DNA of 57,681 nt from Candidatus Woesearchaeota archaeon (lineage in GTDB: Archaea > Nanobdellota > Nanobdellia > UBA10117 > ARS21). The notes under the pieces were generated by a model. It saw nothing but the letters and a program-made list of their open reading frames with translations, was not told the origin of the DNA and did not search any database. The position numbers and the translations under genes are program-made. Location: the NCBI GenBank assembly GCA_964615505.1, contig CAZTOR010000001.1:1-57681 (forward strand), written 5' to 3'. Below are positions 1-9,224 of this stretch, piece by piece. The stretch's first letter is position 1. Every line of letters starts with the position of its first letter.

Positions 1-9
1 TTTTTTCAT

Positions 10-513
10 TTAACTATATTTATAGAGATCAAGGAAAGTCTTTATTTCTGAATGGTATTCCCATGAAACGCCCCATAATTCCTCCTCTATTCGTTTTTTA
101 GTTGAACGATATATGTATCTTTCAAAAAATTCCTTGAATAATGATCTTAATCCTTGGGCCCATTTTCCTTCAATATCTGACTCAACATAAGCACTGAGAT
201 CCATTGACATTGATCCCTTTTGTAATTTGATTTTCTTTCGGTTAATTGTGGCTTCAACATCTGTTACACCGTACATATTCCAGATTATTTTGAAAACTTG
301 TTTAGAATAATCATCAATGTCTTTTTCACAAAGCCAATGAATTTCATAGTCTTTGCCGTTTGGAGTAACTTTCTCAACATATTTACTTTCTATTAATCCA
401 AAACCTCTCCATTTTATCCAATCTCCTGCATGAGTATAGAATTCTTGAAAATCGAACACGAAACCGTTTTTTGAGATAGTCACATTGTTGATTAGATTTC
501 GAGTTTGTCCCAT
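10..513 (-). CDS. hypothetical protein (167 aa)
   Basis: Uninterrupted minus-strand ORF. A TATA-like box lies about 25 nt upstream of its ATG at 513. The protein looks soluble and is rich in Trp, Tyr and Lys. I recognise no family motif by eye. Confidence 0.45.
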   Translation of the reverse strand: MGQTRNLINNVTISKNGFVFDFQEFYTHAGDWIKWRGFGLIESKYVEKVTPNGKDYEIHWLCEKDIDDYSKQVFKIIWNMYGVTDVEATINRKKIKLQKGSMSMDLSAYVESDIEGKWAQGLRSLFKEFFERYIYRSTKKRIEEELWGVSWEYHSEIKTFLDLYKYS

Positions 514-530
514 GAAGTTATTATACTGAC

Positions 531-544
531 TTTATAATATAAAC
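531..544 (-). promoter_or_regulatory. TATA-like box (minus-strand reading gtttatattataaa) for the 10-513 gene
   Basis: A/T box centred about 25 nt upstream of the ATG at 513. The same spacing recurs at other first-in-operon genes in this window, which implies leaderless or near-leaderless mRNA. Confidence 0.4.
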
Positions 545-576
545 ATTTCCCGTTTCCTGAAAAAACTGGGTGAAAA

Positions 577-586
577 GTTTATATAG
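577..586 (+). promoter_or_regulatory. TATA-like box (gtttatatag) for the 607 small-ORF/pilin transcript
   Basis: Centred about 25 nt upstream of the ATG at 607. It is divergent from the 531-544 box. Confidence 0.4.
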
Positions 587-606
587 TGGAGAAGATATTA
601 TGAAAT

Positions 607-825
607 ATGCGAACTGTGGATCAAGAGAATTTCATTGAAAAAGGCTTACTTGGGATTCTTGCAGTATGGATTCTTGCAGTTCTATATTTAGTTAATCAAG
701 CTGCAACTGCAGAACTGAATGTTTTGAGCTGGGTTTCTTTAACAACTTTCTTTAGTGGATTCTCAAGTGTTGCACTGTTAGTGGTTGCGATCCTATTAGC
801 TAGAATCGGGAGAAACTTAAAATGA
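607..825 (+). CDS. small membrane protein (72 aa, two predicted TM helices)
   Basis: Has two hydrophobic stretches (GLLGILAVWILAVLYLV and FSGFSSVALLVVAILLA). Its stop overlaps the start of the downstream pilin gene (ATGA). A TATA-like box precedes it. Confidence 0.45.
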   Translation: MRTVDQENFIEKGLLGILAVWILAVLYLVNQAATAELNVLSWVSLTTFFSGFSSVALLVVAILLARIGRNLK

Positions 826-1370
826 GACGAAAAATGAATAAGAAAGGAGTAACTCCGATTATTGCAGTAATACTTTTGATGATGATGACAGTTGCTGCAG
901 CAGGAGCTGCATTCTTCTGGATCCTTAGAGTACAATCTTCATTTACTGGTGGATCCGAACAGCATGCTGAATCATTATATGAACATGTTAATTCTCAACT
1001 ATTAGTAAATCATATTGAATATCAACCAGAATCTACAACATACGGTAACTTAACATTAGTTTTAGCAAATGTGGGAACTCAACCTGTTCCATTAACATCA
1101 AGTGCTACTTCCCCTACCACAACGCTTATTTTGAAAGATAAGGATCAACGAATAATTTGTGCCCCTTCTTCTCTTAACGCAGCACCGGCGCAATGTATTT
1201 CAGGTTGTGGATCTACTGACTTAGGTGCAGGAAGTACTGCAACATTAACAATTAATTTATCAGCTGGTTGTTTAATCGCAGTCGATGCTACTTATCCGAA
1301 CGGTAGTCTATTCTATGCAAATTTAGATTTCTCCGGTCAAGTAGGAACTCAAGCAAGCTTCGTTAAATAA
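822..1370 (+). CDS. archaeal type IV pilin (class III signal peptide), paralog 1
   Basis: The N-terminus MRRKMNKKG/VTPIIAVILLMMMTVAAAGAAFFW has a basic stretch, a Gly, then about 22 hydrophobic residues. The C-terminal half carries C-x(10-15)-C-x-SGC plus a fourth Cys and a terminal LDFSG motif, all shared with the 3500 and 4027 paralogs. Confidence 0.8.
   Translation: MRRKMNKKGVTPIIAVILLMMMTVAAAGAAFFWILRVQSSFTGGSEQHAESLYEHVNSQLLVNHIEYQPESTTYGNLTLVLANVGTQPVPLTSSATSPTTTLILKDKDQRIICAPSSLNAAPAQCISGCGSTDLGAGSTATLTINLSAGCLIAVDATYPNGSLFYANLDFSGQVGTQASFVK
867..920. repeat. 54-nt segment identical to 4072-4125 (pilin signal peptide/N-terminal helix coding region)
   Basis: Manual alignment gives 54/54 nt identity. 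Over the wider span 822-920 versus 4027-4125, identity is 93/99 nt. Similarity collapses immediately downstream. Confidence 0.9.
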
Positions 1371-2975
1371 TTATACTTGATCTGGTAATTCTGGTTTAGA
1401 AGGTCTTGATGCAATTATATCATCAATTCGTAAAAGCATGATAGCTACGTCACTAGAAGAAGATATAGCTTGTGTTTTAATTTTTGCAGGTTCTATTACT
1501 CCTTTCTTCCACATATCTTCAACTTTTCCTGTATATACATTTAATCCTGCCCAAACCTCTCCAGAATCATGTTTTGATTTAAGTTCAGCAAGTGTATTTA
1601 TTGGATCCAATCCTGCGTTCTCTGCAAGAGTTATTGGAATTACCTCCAAACTATCTGCAAAAGCAGATATTGCTAGTTGTTCTCTGCCTGAAAACGAATC
1701 TGCATAATTTCTAATATTTCTTGAAAGCTCTAATTCAATAGATGATCCGCCAGCGATTATTTTCTTTGTTGAAACTGACGCAGCTAAATCGCCGATTGCA
1801 TCAGTTAGTGCTCGCTCAACTTCTGAAACTACGTGTTCGGTTCCACCTCTAACTAATAATGTAACTGCTTTAGCAGACTTGCATTTTTCAACGAATATCA
1901 TGTGTTCTCCTGATATTTTTCTTTCTTCGACTCTTCCAGCGTGTCCTAAATCTGATTTAGATATATCTTTTAGACTTGTTACTATGTTTCCACCGGTTGC
2001 TTTTGCCAATCTCTTCATATCTGATTCTTTCATTCTTCGAGTTGCAAAAATACCGTGTTTAGCTAAATAATGTTGAGCAACATCATCTATTCCTTTTTGA
2101 CAAAAAACTGCATTTGCACCAGTCGAAGCAATTTTTTCAACCATTTCTTTGAGCATCTTTTCTTCCTGTTCAACAAATTCTTGCATTTGGATTGGAGAAG
2201 TGATTTGTATTTTTGCATCAATTTCTGTTTCGGTGATTTCAATTGGTGCATCTAAAAGTAAAACCTTTGACATATTTACTAATCTAGGCATTGATGAATG
2301 AACACGCTCTTTATCTATGACAATCCCTTCAATTAATTCAGAGTTTTCTGTATCGTCTCCTGCCTTTTTTTCAATTTTAATGTCATTTAAATCTATTATT
2401 AACTGAGTTTTTGTTTCTTCAATTACGTTTGTTACTGCTTTAACTGCTAACTTTGAAAGTTTCTTCTTAGTTTCATATTCGACGTTCTTTCCGGTCATTG
2501 CAGTCGTTGCAATTTGTTCTAGCGTTTTCTTGTCTTTCAGAGTTATATTCTTAGATAATTTTGATAAAATTTCTTGAGATTTTCGTGCTGCCAGTTCGTA
2601 TCCTTTTGCAATTACAGTTGGGTGAATGTTCTTATCAAGCAATTTTTCTGCGTTACTTAGTAATTCTCCTGCCAAAATTACGGCAGTTGTAGTTCCATCG
2701 CCCACTTCAGATTCTTGTACCTTTGCAACTTCCACCAACATCTTTGCTGCTGGATGTTCTACTTCCATTTCATCCAGAATAGTTACTCCGTCGTTTGTTA
2801 TTGTGACGTGTCCAGATGAACTAACTATCATTTTGTCCATGCCTTTGGGACCTAACGTTGTTCTAACGGTATCTGCAAGTGCTTTTGCTGCTGCAATATT
2901 TGATTTTTGTGCATTTTTACCTTGGTTTCGAGTAGAACCTTCAGGTAAAATATAAATAGGTTGAACTGGATTCAT
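1371..2975 (-). CDS. ths: thermosome subunit (group II chaperonin, CCT/TCP-1 family)
   Basis: 534 aa. Contains LGPKGMDKM, the ATP-binding motif GDGTTT and VRGGTEHV, in the canonical thermosome length and order. Confidence 0.95.
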   Translation of the reverse strand: MNPVQPIYILPEGSTRNQGKNAQKSNIAAAKALADTVRTTLGPKGMDKMIVSSSGHVTITNDGVTILDEMEVEHPAAKMLVEVAKVQESEVGDGTTTAVILAGELLSNAEKLLDKNIHPTVIAKGYELAARKSQEILSKLSKNITLKDKKTLEQIATTAMTGKNVEYETKKKLSKLAVKAVTNVIEETKTQLIIDLNDIKIEKKAGDDTENSELIEGIVIDKERVHSSMPRLVNMSKVLLLDAPIEITETEIDAKIQITSPIQMQEFVEQEEKMLKEMVEKIASTGANAVFCQKGIDDVAQHYLAKHGIFATRRMKESDMKRLAKATGGNIVTSLKDISKSDLGHAGRVEERKISGEHMIFVEKCKSAKAVTLLVRGGTEHVVSEVERALTDAIGDLAASVSTKKIIAGGSSIELELSRNIRNYADSFSGREQLAISAFADSLEVIPITLAENAGLDPINTLAELKSKHDSGEVWAGLNVYTGKVEDMWKKGVIEPAKIKTQAISSSSDVAIMLLRIDDIIASRPSKPELPDQV

Positions 2976-3051
2976 ATTTCTTCTTCAGAAGAAAACTTTT
3001 AAGGCTTCTTTTTGGCGGAATGTTTATTATTAAACGCAACATAATGAAGTT

Positions 3052-3468
3052 ATGTCTGATGAATTTGAATTAGTACCTTCTAAAAAGTTGAAGGAATTGG
3101 AATCTGAATTAAAGAAAATTAAATCGTTAGATAAGAAATCAAAGAATTCACCTAAAGAATATACTAATATTTTGAATTCAGTTCAGAAAATTGAAACTAA
3201 ATTCGAATTAACTGTGAAGAATTTGAATAAGTTAACTAATAAGTTGGACAATCTCCTAAAAATATTCTCGGGAGATATTGATGAAACAAGTGAAGAGGTT
3301 GATCAATTAGGCGAAATTTTATCAAGATTGGAAAAATTGGAAGGTTCACATGAATCTCTACGTCAGGAAACTCAAAATTTGCATTCTTCCATAAAACGTA
3401 AATCTTACTTTAACGAGCGTTTCCCGCGTGGTCTGAAAGTTAAATATAAACGGACAAAAAATCTGTAA
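3052..3468 (+). CDS. coiled-coil protein, function unknown (138 aa)
   Basis: Charged heptad-like sequence rich in Lys, Glu and Leu, with a basic C-terminal tail. No enzymatic motif. It lies between the thermosome gene and the pilin genes. Confidence 0.5.
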   Translation: MSDEFELVPSKKLKELESELKKIKSLDKKSKNSPKEYTNILNSVQKIETKFELTVKNLNKLTNKLDNLLKIFSGDIDETSEEVDQLGEILSRLEKLEGSHESLRQETQNLHSSIKRKSYFNERFPRGLKVKYKRTKNL

Positions 3469-3483
3469 GGTTTTTATATAAAT
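3469..3483 (+). promoter_or_regulatory. TATA-like box (ggtttttatataaat) for the main pilus operon
   Basis: Centred about 24 nt upstream of the ATG at 3500. No Shine-Dalgarno-like sequence lies between them. Confidence 0.45.
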
Positions 3484-3499
3484 AAGCAATATCTAATTC

Positions 3500-4030
3500 A
3501 TGTCAAAAGGATTAACTCCAGTTGTTGCTATGATTTTGTTATTGATGATGACAGTTGCTGCAGCAGGAGCTAGTTTTTATTGGTTAATTAAAATACAGGG
3601 GGAGCTTCAGGGCGGAACGCAACAATTTCAGGAACAGACTTTTGAAAGAATGACTTCAAATGTGGCTTGGCAAGATGCGAATTTTGATAGATCAACGAGA
3701 AATTTGACTATAAATCTATTGAATACAGGAACTACTAAGATACCTATTGCTAACCAGAGTTCTTCACCAAAAGCTCAATGGACGCTTTTAGATAGTGAAC
3801 AAGATATAATCTGTACTTCAGATTGGAACGGTACGGTAATTTCTTCAGATAATATACATTGTTGGAGCGGTTGCGATAGCGAATTAGGTTTGAAAGAATT
3901 AAGACTTATTAAATTAGAATTGAGAGACGGAGGAGATTGTGATATTGATGCTAAAGCAAATGATTCATTGATTTATGCAAAAATTTCATTTAGTGGTAAA
4001 ACTACTGCTTCAGGAACCTTTAGAAAATGA
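3500..4030 (+). CDS. archaeal type IV pilin (class III signal peptide), paralog 2
   Basis: N-terminus MSKG/LTPVVAMILLLMMTVAAAGASFYW. Has the same 4-Cys module (IICTS...HCWSGCD...GGDC) and a terminal ISFSGK. Confidence 0.8.
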   Translation: MSKGLTPVVAMILLLMMTVAAAGASFYWLIKIQGELQGGTQQFQEQTFERMTSNVAWQDANFDRSTRNLTINLLNTGTTKIPIANQSSSPKAQWTLLDSEQDIICTSDWNGTVISSDNIHCWSGCDSELGLKELRLIKLELRDGGDCDIDAKANDSLIYAKISFSGKTTASGTFRK

Positions 4031-4545
4031 GACGAAAAATGAATAAGAAGGGAATAACGCCAGTTATTGCGGTAATACTTTTGATGATGATGACAGTTGC
4101 TGCAGCAGGAGCTGCATTCTTCTGGTTCGTTAGAATACAAGGAGAACTTCAATCAGGTGGAGAAAATTATGCGTCAGAGTTAGGAGAAACTATAAACTCT
4201 AATGTTTATATTCAAGTCGCAGATCATGTTTCCGGAGATTTAGAAATATATGTTAAAAATACCGGAGGAGTAGATATACCTGTAAATATTGGAGCAGATT
4301 CACCAACAACTTCATTTGTATTACAACAAGGAGATGGAACAGTAATATGTCAAACATATCTCGGTAGTGCCGCCGCGGATTGTACTTCTGGATGTGGAAA
4401 TGATATACTCGTTGGTGAGACGCAAAAATTAGATATTGATTTGGCAGGTGATTGTTCTTTAAATTCTTATTCTGAAGATACTTCCATACATTTTACATTG
4501 GACTTTTCCGGTAAATCTGCAACAGGCGCCACTTTTGAAATATAA
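4027..4545 (+). CDS. archaeal type IV pilin (class III signal peptide), paralog 3
   Basis: N-terminus MRRKMNKKG/ITPVIAVILLMMMTVAAAGAAFFW. Has the 4-Cys module (VICQT...DCTSGCG...AGDC) and a terminal LDFSGK. Its start overlaps the stop of paralog 2 (ATGA). Confidence 0.8.
   Translation: MRRKMNKKGITPVIAVILLMMMTVAAAGAAFFWFVRIQGELQSGGENYASELGETINSNVYIQVADHVSGDLEIYVKNTGGVDIPVNIGADSPTTSFVLQQGDGTVICQTYLGSAAADCTSGCGNDILVGETQKLDIDLAGDCSLNSYSEDTSIHFTLDFSGKSATGATFEI
4072..4125. repeat. 54-nt segment identical to 867-920
   Basis: See 867-920. This is the second copy of the perfectly conserved pilin N-terminal coding segment. Confidence 0.9.
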
Positions 4546-4580
4546 GATAATTATTTAACTAAAAATAAGCTTGGATATCT

Positions 4581-6458
4581 ATGAAGCGCGGTTTGTCTAA
4601 TCTTATTGCATTTGTACTTGTAATCTTGATGACTTTGACAGTTGCTACTGCATTTTACTATTGGTTTACTGGAGTGCACTCTGATGCAATGAGTGCTTCT
4701 GAAACTTTTACTGGAGACATACAAAGTCAAGTAATAACTCAATCTACTTCCTTAATTGATCAATATTATAAAACAGATAACGAAAAAAATATGAATAATT
4801 TTGGTGAGATTACTCAAACAATTTGTGCCGAAGATAAAGGGATTAGTTTATCTGAAGATGATATTAGTTTTGAATTATATGAAGGTTATGGATCGAATCA
4901 AGAATTGATTTGCTCAGAATTTGGTGTGGATTGTAAATGTGACCAGTTAAATACAGCCATTGTTGGTGTATTAGGCGGGAATAATACACAAAACGGTATC
5001 ACTTTAATCTCTTCAACAGATGGTGAAAACTGGACTGAAAAAGTAGTAACTACTGATTTTGGAAATTATGATGAATTTGATTTTAGTTCAATCTCTACTT
5101 TTGTGGAAGGTGGGAATAATTGTACTAGCCCAATAAATATAATTTTGCACGGGTCTGCAAGACTTGATGTGGATGGCGGGTTGGGTGAAATTCCTGATAA
5201 TAAACCCAAATATATTGGATTGGTAGTTAACTCCTCTTTAGACGGCGTATCATATGATACAGCAGGAGTCGATTTGGAAAATGTGACTAAATATTTTGAC
5301 ATTACGCAAAGTCCACTTGAATCCGATGATACGTTAGAGCATCTGTTTAAAGGCGGAACTTTATTTTCTCCAACTCTTGGAACAAATCTAGAAGCAATTA
5401 TAACTCATCAGTTTTCGATTTACGATCGTCAAACACGACTTCCGGCTTTTGGAACGAACGGTCGGAGCATTAGTAATAGTGCAGTAACTGCAATTCAAAG
5501 AATTATTAGAAATGGGGAAAATCAATTATTGATTGGAGTTACATTAAATGATTCTAGCGGAGGATCATATATTGATGAAACTATAGACATAGCATCAGGT
5601 ATGGAAAAGAATTATCCGAGTGAATGTCCTTATGAGGTTACTAGTTTTGATGCGTGCGGTTATGATCCAACTCAGGCAGCTGCCTGTACCATTCAAATTG
5701 ACCAAGTTGCAGATATATTTTATGCCGATCAATTTGATGCTATGGTTTCATTAGAAAATTCAAAACCTGTGTTTATAGGTGTGCGTGGAAGGGATAAGGC
5801 AGGAAGAGGAGTAAATTCATTACTATATACCGGATATAATATGACCGAAACTGTAATTTACTGTCTAGATCTTAATGCTTTTGGAGCAGGATATGATTAT
5901 AGATTAAATGTAACAGATATAAAATATTTTGATAATTTGGGTACAGTTGCAGCATTCATAACTAGTGAAGAAGGTATTGCAAAAACTCAAGTTATAATGA
6001 TAAGACAAGAAGGTGAAAATTTGGTGCCTGTTCTGACGGATATACCTACTACTGTTTCCATTAAAACTTTTGCACAAATGGGAGACTATCTTTATGGAGG
6101 CGGTACTGATTACAGTGATGGTTTAATTTTTAGATATAAACTGGATGAAGAAGGCACTATTATAGATATAACGCAAGTTTACCAAAACACAGATTATCTT
6201 GAAGTTCAAAAACTTGAAACCATTAAATATTGTGCTGATCGAAACGTTTACTGTGTGGATGGATGTAACAAAGTCTTGAAAAGAGGTGAATGTTCTGACC
6301 TTACTCTTTCATTAGAAAATTCTGATTGCGATATTTCAAAATACAGTTATGAAACAGATTTTACTTCCAGATTAAATGTAGGTAATGATTTACAAATATT
6401 AAATGTTTTCACTAAAAAACAGAAAAGTAGTAAGGAGATAAACAGTACATTAATATGA
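4581..6458 (+). CDS. giant pilin-like protein (625 aa): class III signal peptide, large globular insert and pilin-type Cys module
   Basis: N-terminus MKRG/LSNLIAFVLVILMTLTVATAFYYWF. The C-terminus (YCADRNVYCVDGCNKVLKRGECSDLTLSLENSDC) repeats the C-x-[SD]GC ... L-x-[IL]-x-L ... C pattern of the three small pilins. The roughly 500 aa between them have no motif I can name. Confidence 0.65.
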   Translation: MKRGLSNLIAFVLVILMTLTVATAFYYWFTGVHSDAMSASETFTGDIQSQVITQSTSLIDQYYKTDNEKNMNNFGEITQTICAEDKGISLSEDDISFELYEGYGSNQELICSEFGVDCKCDQLNTAIVGVLGGNNTQNGITLISSTDGENWTEKVVTTDFGNYDEFDFSSISTFVEGGNNCTSPINIILHGSARLDVDGGLGEIPDNKPKYIGLVVNSSLDGVSYDTAGVDLENVTKYFDITQSPLESDDTLEHLFKGGTLFSPTLGTNLEAIITHQFSIYDRQTRLPAFGTNGRSISNSAVTAIQRIIRNGENQLLIGVTLNDSSGGSYIDETIDIASGMEKNYPSECPYEVTSFDACGYDPTQAAACTIQIDQVADIFYADQFDAMVSLENSKPVFIGVRGRDKAGRGVNSLLYTGYNMTETVIYCLDLNAFGAGYDYRLNVTDIKYFDNLGTVAAFITSEEGIAKTQVIMIRQEGENLVPVLTDIPTTVSIKTFAQMGDYLYGGGTDYSDGLIFRYKLDEEGTIIDITQVYQNTDYLEVQKLETIKYCADRNVYCVDGCNKVLKRGECSDLTLSLENSDCDISKYSYETDFTSRLNVGNDLQILNVFTKKQKSSKEINSTLI

Positions 6459-7057
6459 AAACTGGGCAAGCACAAATAGTTGGTTTTACTTTAGCAACGT
6501 TAATCATGTTGTCTGTGACCGCAGTAGTATTTATCTGGGCAAATCCTTTAATTCAAAATTCTAAAGATGTTAATGATTTGGACAGAATTGAGAATAGAAT
6601 GATTCTATTAGATAGTGCGATTAAAGAAGTGGCTACACAAAAATCTCAGAGAACTGTTGATTTTGAAATAAAGTCAGGAGATTTATTGATGGAGAGTGGC
6701 AGTAAACTAGTTTATTATACAAATATTGATTTACCGATTTCAAGTGGGGAAAAAATTGTTGTTCGAGGAGGGAATAAAACAGCAGGCGGTGCTTGCCTAA
6801 ATACTTCAACAAATGGTTCGATTGGAACAGATAGTTCGAGTTGTTTGATTCTTCAAGGCAGTGCGATTTATGAATTATATTATCCTGTATTGAAGGATAG
6901 TGTTAGTTGCTTTGCAATTAGGTTGAAGGCAGGTAATAATGCGGGAGTTGGTAAAGGTAAACATAAAATAAAATTAAAATATGATCACACAAACACAACT
7001 GCGGAAAATGGTTGTGGAACTATAACTAAACCAACTGTTGAGATAGATATAGAATGA
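6455..7057 (+). CDS. prepilin-like (minor pilin-like) protein, 200 aa
   Basis: N-terminus MKTG/QAQIVGFTLATLIMLSVTAVVFIW, followed by a Cys-containing extracellular-type sequence. ATGA overlap with the upstream gene. Confidence 0.55.
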   Translation: MKTGQAQIVGFTLATLIMLSVTAVVFIWANPLIQNSKDVNDLDRIENRMILLDSAIKEVATQKSQRTVDFEIKSGDLLMESGSKLVYYTNIDLPISSGEKIVVRGGNKTAGGACLNTSTNGSIGTDSSSCLILQGSAIYELYYPVLKDSVSCFAIRLKAGNNAGVGKGKHKIKLKYDHTNTTAENGCGTITKPTVEIDIE

Positions 7058-7515
7058 AGGGACAAGTAAGTATAGTTTATTTAGGTATATTGACAGTAAT
7101 AAGTTTGGCAATATTTGGCGTAATATTAGTATGGAATTTATCAATTAAAGATGCAAATACTGATTTGATTGTTGAGACTGAGATTAATAGTATACTTGAA
7201 AAAGTTGAGGCCGATATTTACTATATTGAAAGTTTGAATAAAAGTGGAGAATTTAAGATATATCGTTCTCTGCCTAACCGACTTGGTGAAGATTTCTATA
7301 CTATAACGCTACGCGCAGACGGGACAAGCAATTCTAAGGGCGGCTATTTGAATAATGACCAAATTATAATAACAAAAGATGCTAAACAAAGATTTACTTT
7401 ATCTAAAACTTATTTCAGTAAAGATATTTATACAGACCTATACATAATTCCTTCTTCAGTATCAGGTGGTGAATACACTCTGACTTCGAATAGCTCGGGC
7501 ATAAAAATTAACTAA
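7054..7515 (+). CDS. prepilin-like (minor pilin-like) protein, 153 aa
   Basis: N-terminus MKG/QVSIVYLGILTVISLAIFGVILVW. ATGA overlap with the upstream gene. Confidence 0.55.
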   Translation: MKGQVSIVYLGILTVISLAIFGVILVWNLSIKDANTDLIVETEINSILEKVEADIYYIESLNKSGEFKIYRSLPNRLGEDFYTITLRADGTSNSKGGYLNNDQIIITKDAKQRFTLSKTYFSKDIYTDLYIIPSSVSGGEYTLTSNSSGIKIN

Positions 7516-7547
7516 AAACATATATAATCTTGCCGACTATATTCGAC

Positions 7548-9224
7548 ATGGTCAATTCTAAAGCTCTTCGAATGCTTAAGAAAATTAAACAGAAGAATAC
7601 CTCACTCGTTGATTCTAATAAAATGGAGCATAAACTCAAAGTTGATGAAAAAATTGAAAAAACACTTAGAATTAAATTGCCCTCCGAACATTTGGACCAT
7701 AAAGAGAGTTCTGAAAATGTTTCAGAAGAATTGAAAAAGGTTGATGAAACTTATCCTCTGATTAGTACTTCTATCGGAGAAAAACAGATTAGCTTGGCTT
7801 ATACAAATATAAAATTTGATATTGAAAATCATACTTTAGTTTATACTCTAACTGAACCAATGTTAAATGAATATTCGCAAGAATTAGTTAATAAAACTGT
7901 TGAAGAACTTCATGAAAATTTAGACCTGGAATTCGGAAAGCTTACAGATAAATTAAAGATTCATGCTTATTTGAATAAAAAGATTGATGAAATTTGGGCA
8001 AAAATGGGTGTTGTTCCTGCAATCGATCATGCAATTAAAATGAAATATTATGTTTTTAGGCAAACACTGGGCCTAGAAAAAATTGATGCGCTAATGATGG
8101 ACCCAAATATTGAAGATATTAGCTGTGATGGAGTAGATTTGCCAATTTTTATCTTTCATCGTAACCCTTTATATGGCGAAATGGCCACAAATGTCAAATT
8201 TGATTCAAAGGAAGAATTAGATTCTTTTTGTATGCGATTGGCCCAAAAGGCAAATCGTTCTATCTCTGTCGCAAATCCGCTTATGGATGGTGCTCTTGAA
8301 GACGGTTCAAGAGTTCAAATAACTTATGGTACAGATATAGCTAGACGTGGAAGCAATTTTACAATAAGAAAGTTCTTCAAGACGCCATTGAGCCCAGTAG
8401 ATTTGATGAAATTTGGAACTGTAGATGCTATAACTTTGGCTTACTTGTGGTTTACTATTGAAAGAGAAAAATCGATATTAATTGCAGGTTCAACAGCGAC
8501 AGGTAAAACTACTTTTCTGAATGCAGTTTCATTATTTATACGTCCAAATGATAAAATTGTATCTATAGAAGATACTTCAGAATTACAATTACCTCATACA
8601 AATTGGTTGCCTCAAGTTACTCGAGCAGGTTTTGGTCCAAATAAATACGGTGAAATAGATATGCACCAATTATTGAAATCCTCCATGCGACAAAGACCAG
8701 ATTATCTAATTGTAGGGGAAGTCAGAGGTGTTGAAGCAGAAGTACTATTTCAGGCGATGGCAACAGGACATCCAGGATTATCCACAATTCATGCAGATAC
8801 AACCGAGGCGGTTATCGATAGATTATCTAACCCTCCGATTGAGTTACCTCTTTCGGTTTTACAGAATCTAGATATTATTATTTTCCTAGAAAAAATAAAG
8901 CGTGAAGGGAAATTCTTTAGAAAATTGGCAAAACTAGTAGAAGTTGAAGGTTTTGACTCAAAAGAAAAGGAATTGAAAGTTAATGATGCAATAATATGGA
9001 ATCCAGGAACTGATGAATTTGAAAAGAACGAGAGTTTTATTTTATCTCAAATTTCGAAGACTCATGCTGCTGAATCTTCAGCAATTTTAGAAGAAGTTAT
9101 GCGTAGGGCAAATATTCTAAAATGGATGAGTGAATCTGAAATTACAAGATTTGACGAGGTATCTAAAATTATCAAAATGTACTATGTTCATCCAAATTCT
9201 GTATTCGATTTGATGAAGAAATGA
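7548..9224 (+). CDS. type IV pilus assembly ATPase (FlaI/PilB/VirB11 secretion NTPase family)
   Basis: Walker A GSTATGKTT, Walker B region PDYLIVGEVRG and His-box region TGHPGLSTIHA. The ORF track starts at TTG 7530. The first in-frame ATG is 7548, 25 nt downstream of the TATA-like acatatataat (7518-7528). Confidence 0.85.
   Translation: MVNSKALRMLKKIKQKNTSLVDSNKMEHKLKVDEKIEKTLRIKLPSEHLDHKESSENVSEELKKVDETYPLISTSIGEKQISLAYTNIKFDIENHTLVYTLTEPMLNEYSQELVNKTVEELHENLDLEFGKLTDKLKIHAYLNKKIDEIWAKMGVVPAIDHAIKMKYYVFRQTLGLEKIDALMMDPNIEDISCDGVDLPIFIFHRNPLYGEMATNVKFDSKEELDSFCMRLAQKANRSISVANPLMDGALEDGSRVQITYGTDIARRGSNFTIRKFFKTPLSPVDLMKFGTVDAITLAYLWFTIEREKSILIAGSTATGKTTFLNAVSLFIRPNDKIVSIEDTSELQLPHTNWLPQVTRAGFGPNKYGEIDMHQLLKSSMRQRPDYLIVGEVRGVEAEVLFQAMATGHPGLSTIHADTTEAVIDRLSNPPIELPLSVLQNLDIIIFLEKIKREGKFFRKLAKLVEVEGFDSKEKELKVNDAIIWNPGTDEFEKNESFILSQISKTHAAESSAILEEVMRRANILKWMSESEITRFDEVSKIIKMYYVHPNSVFDLMKK

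Noticed and set aside
1-9. A minus-strand ATG at position 9 (TAAATGAAAAAA junction) may start another gene running off the left edge.
   Set aside because: Only three codons are visible, so no call is possible.
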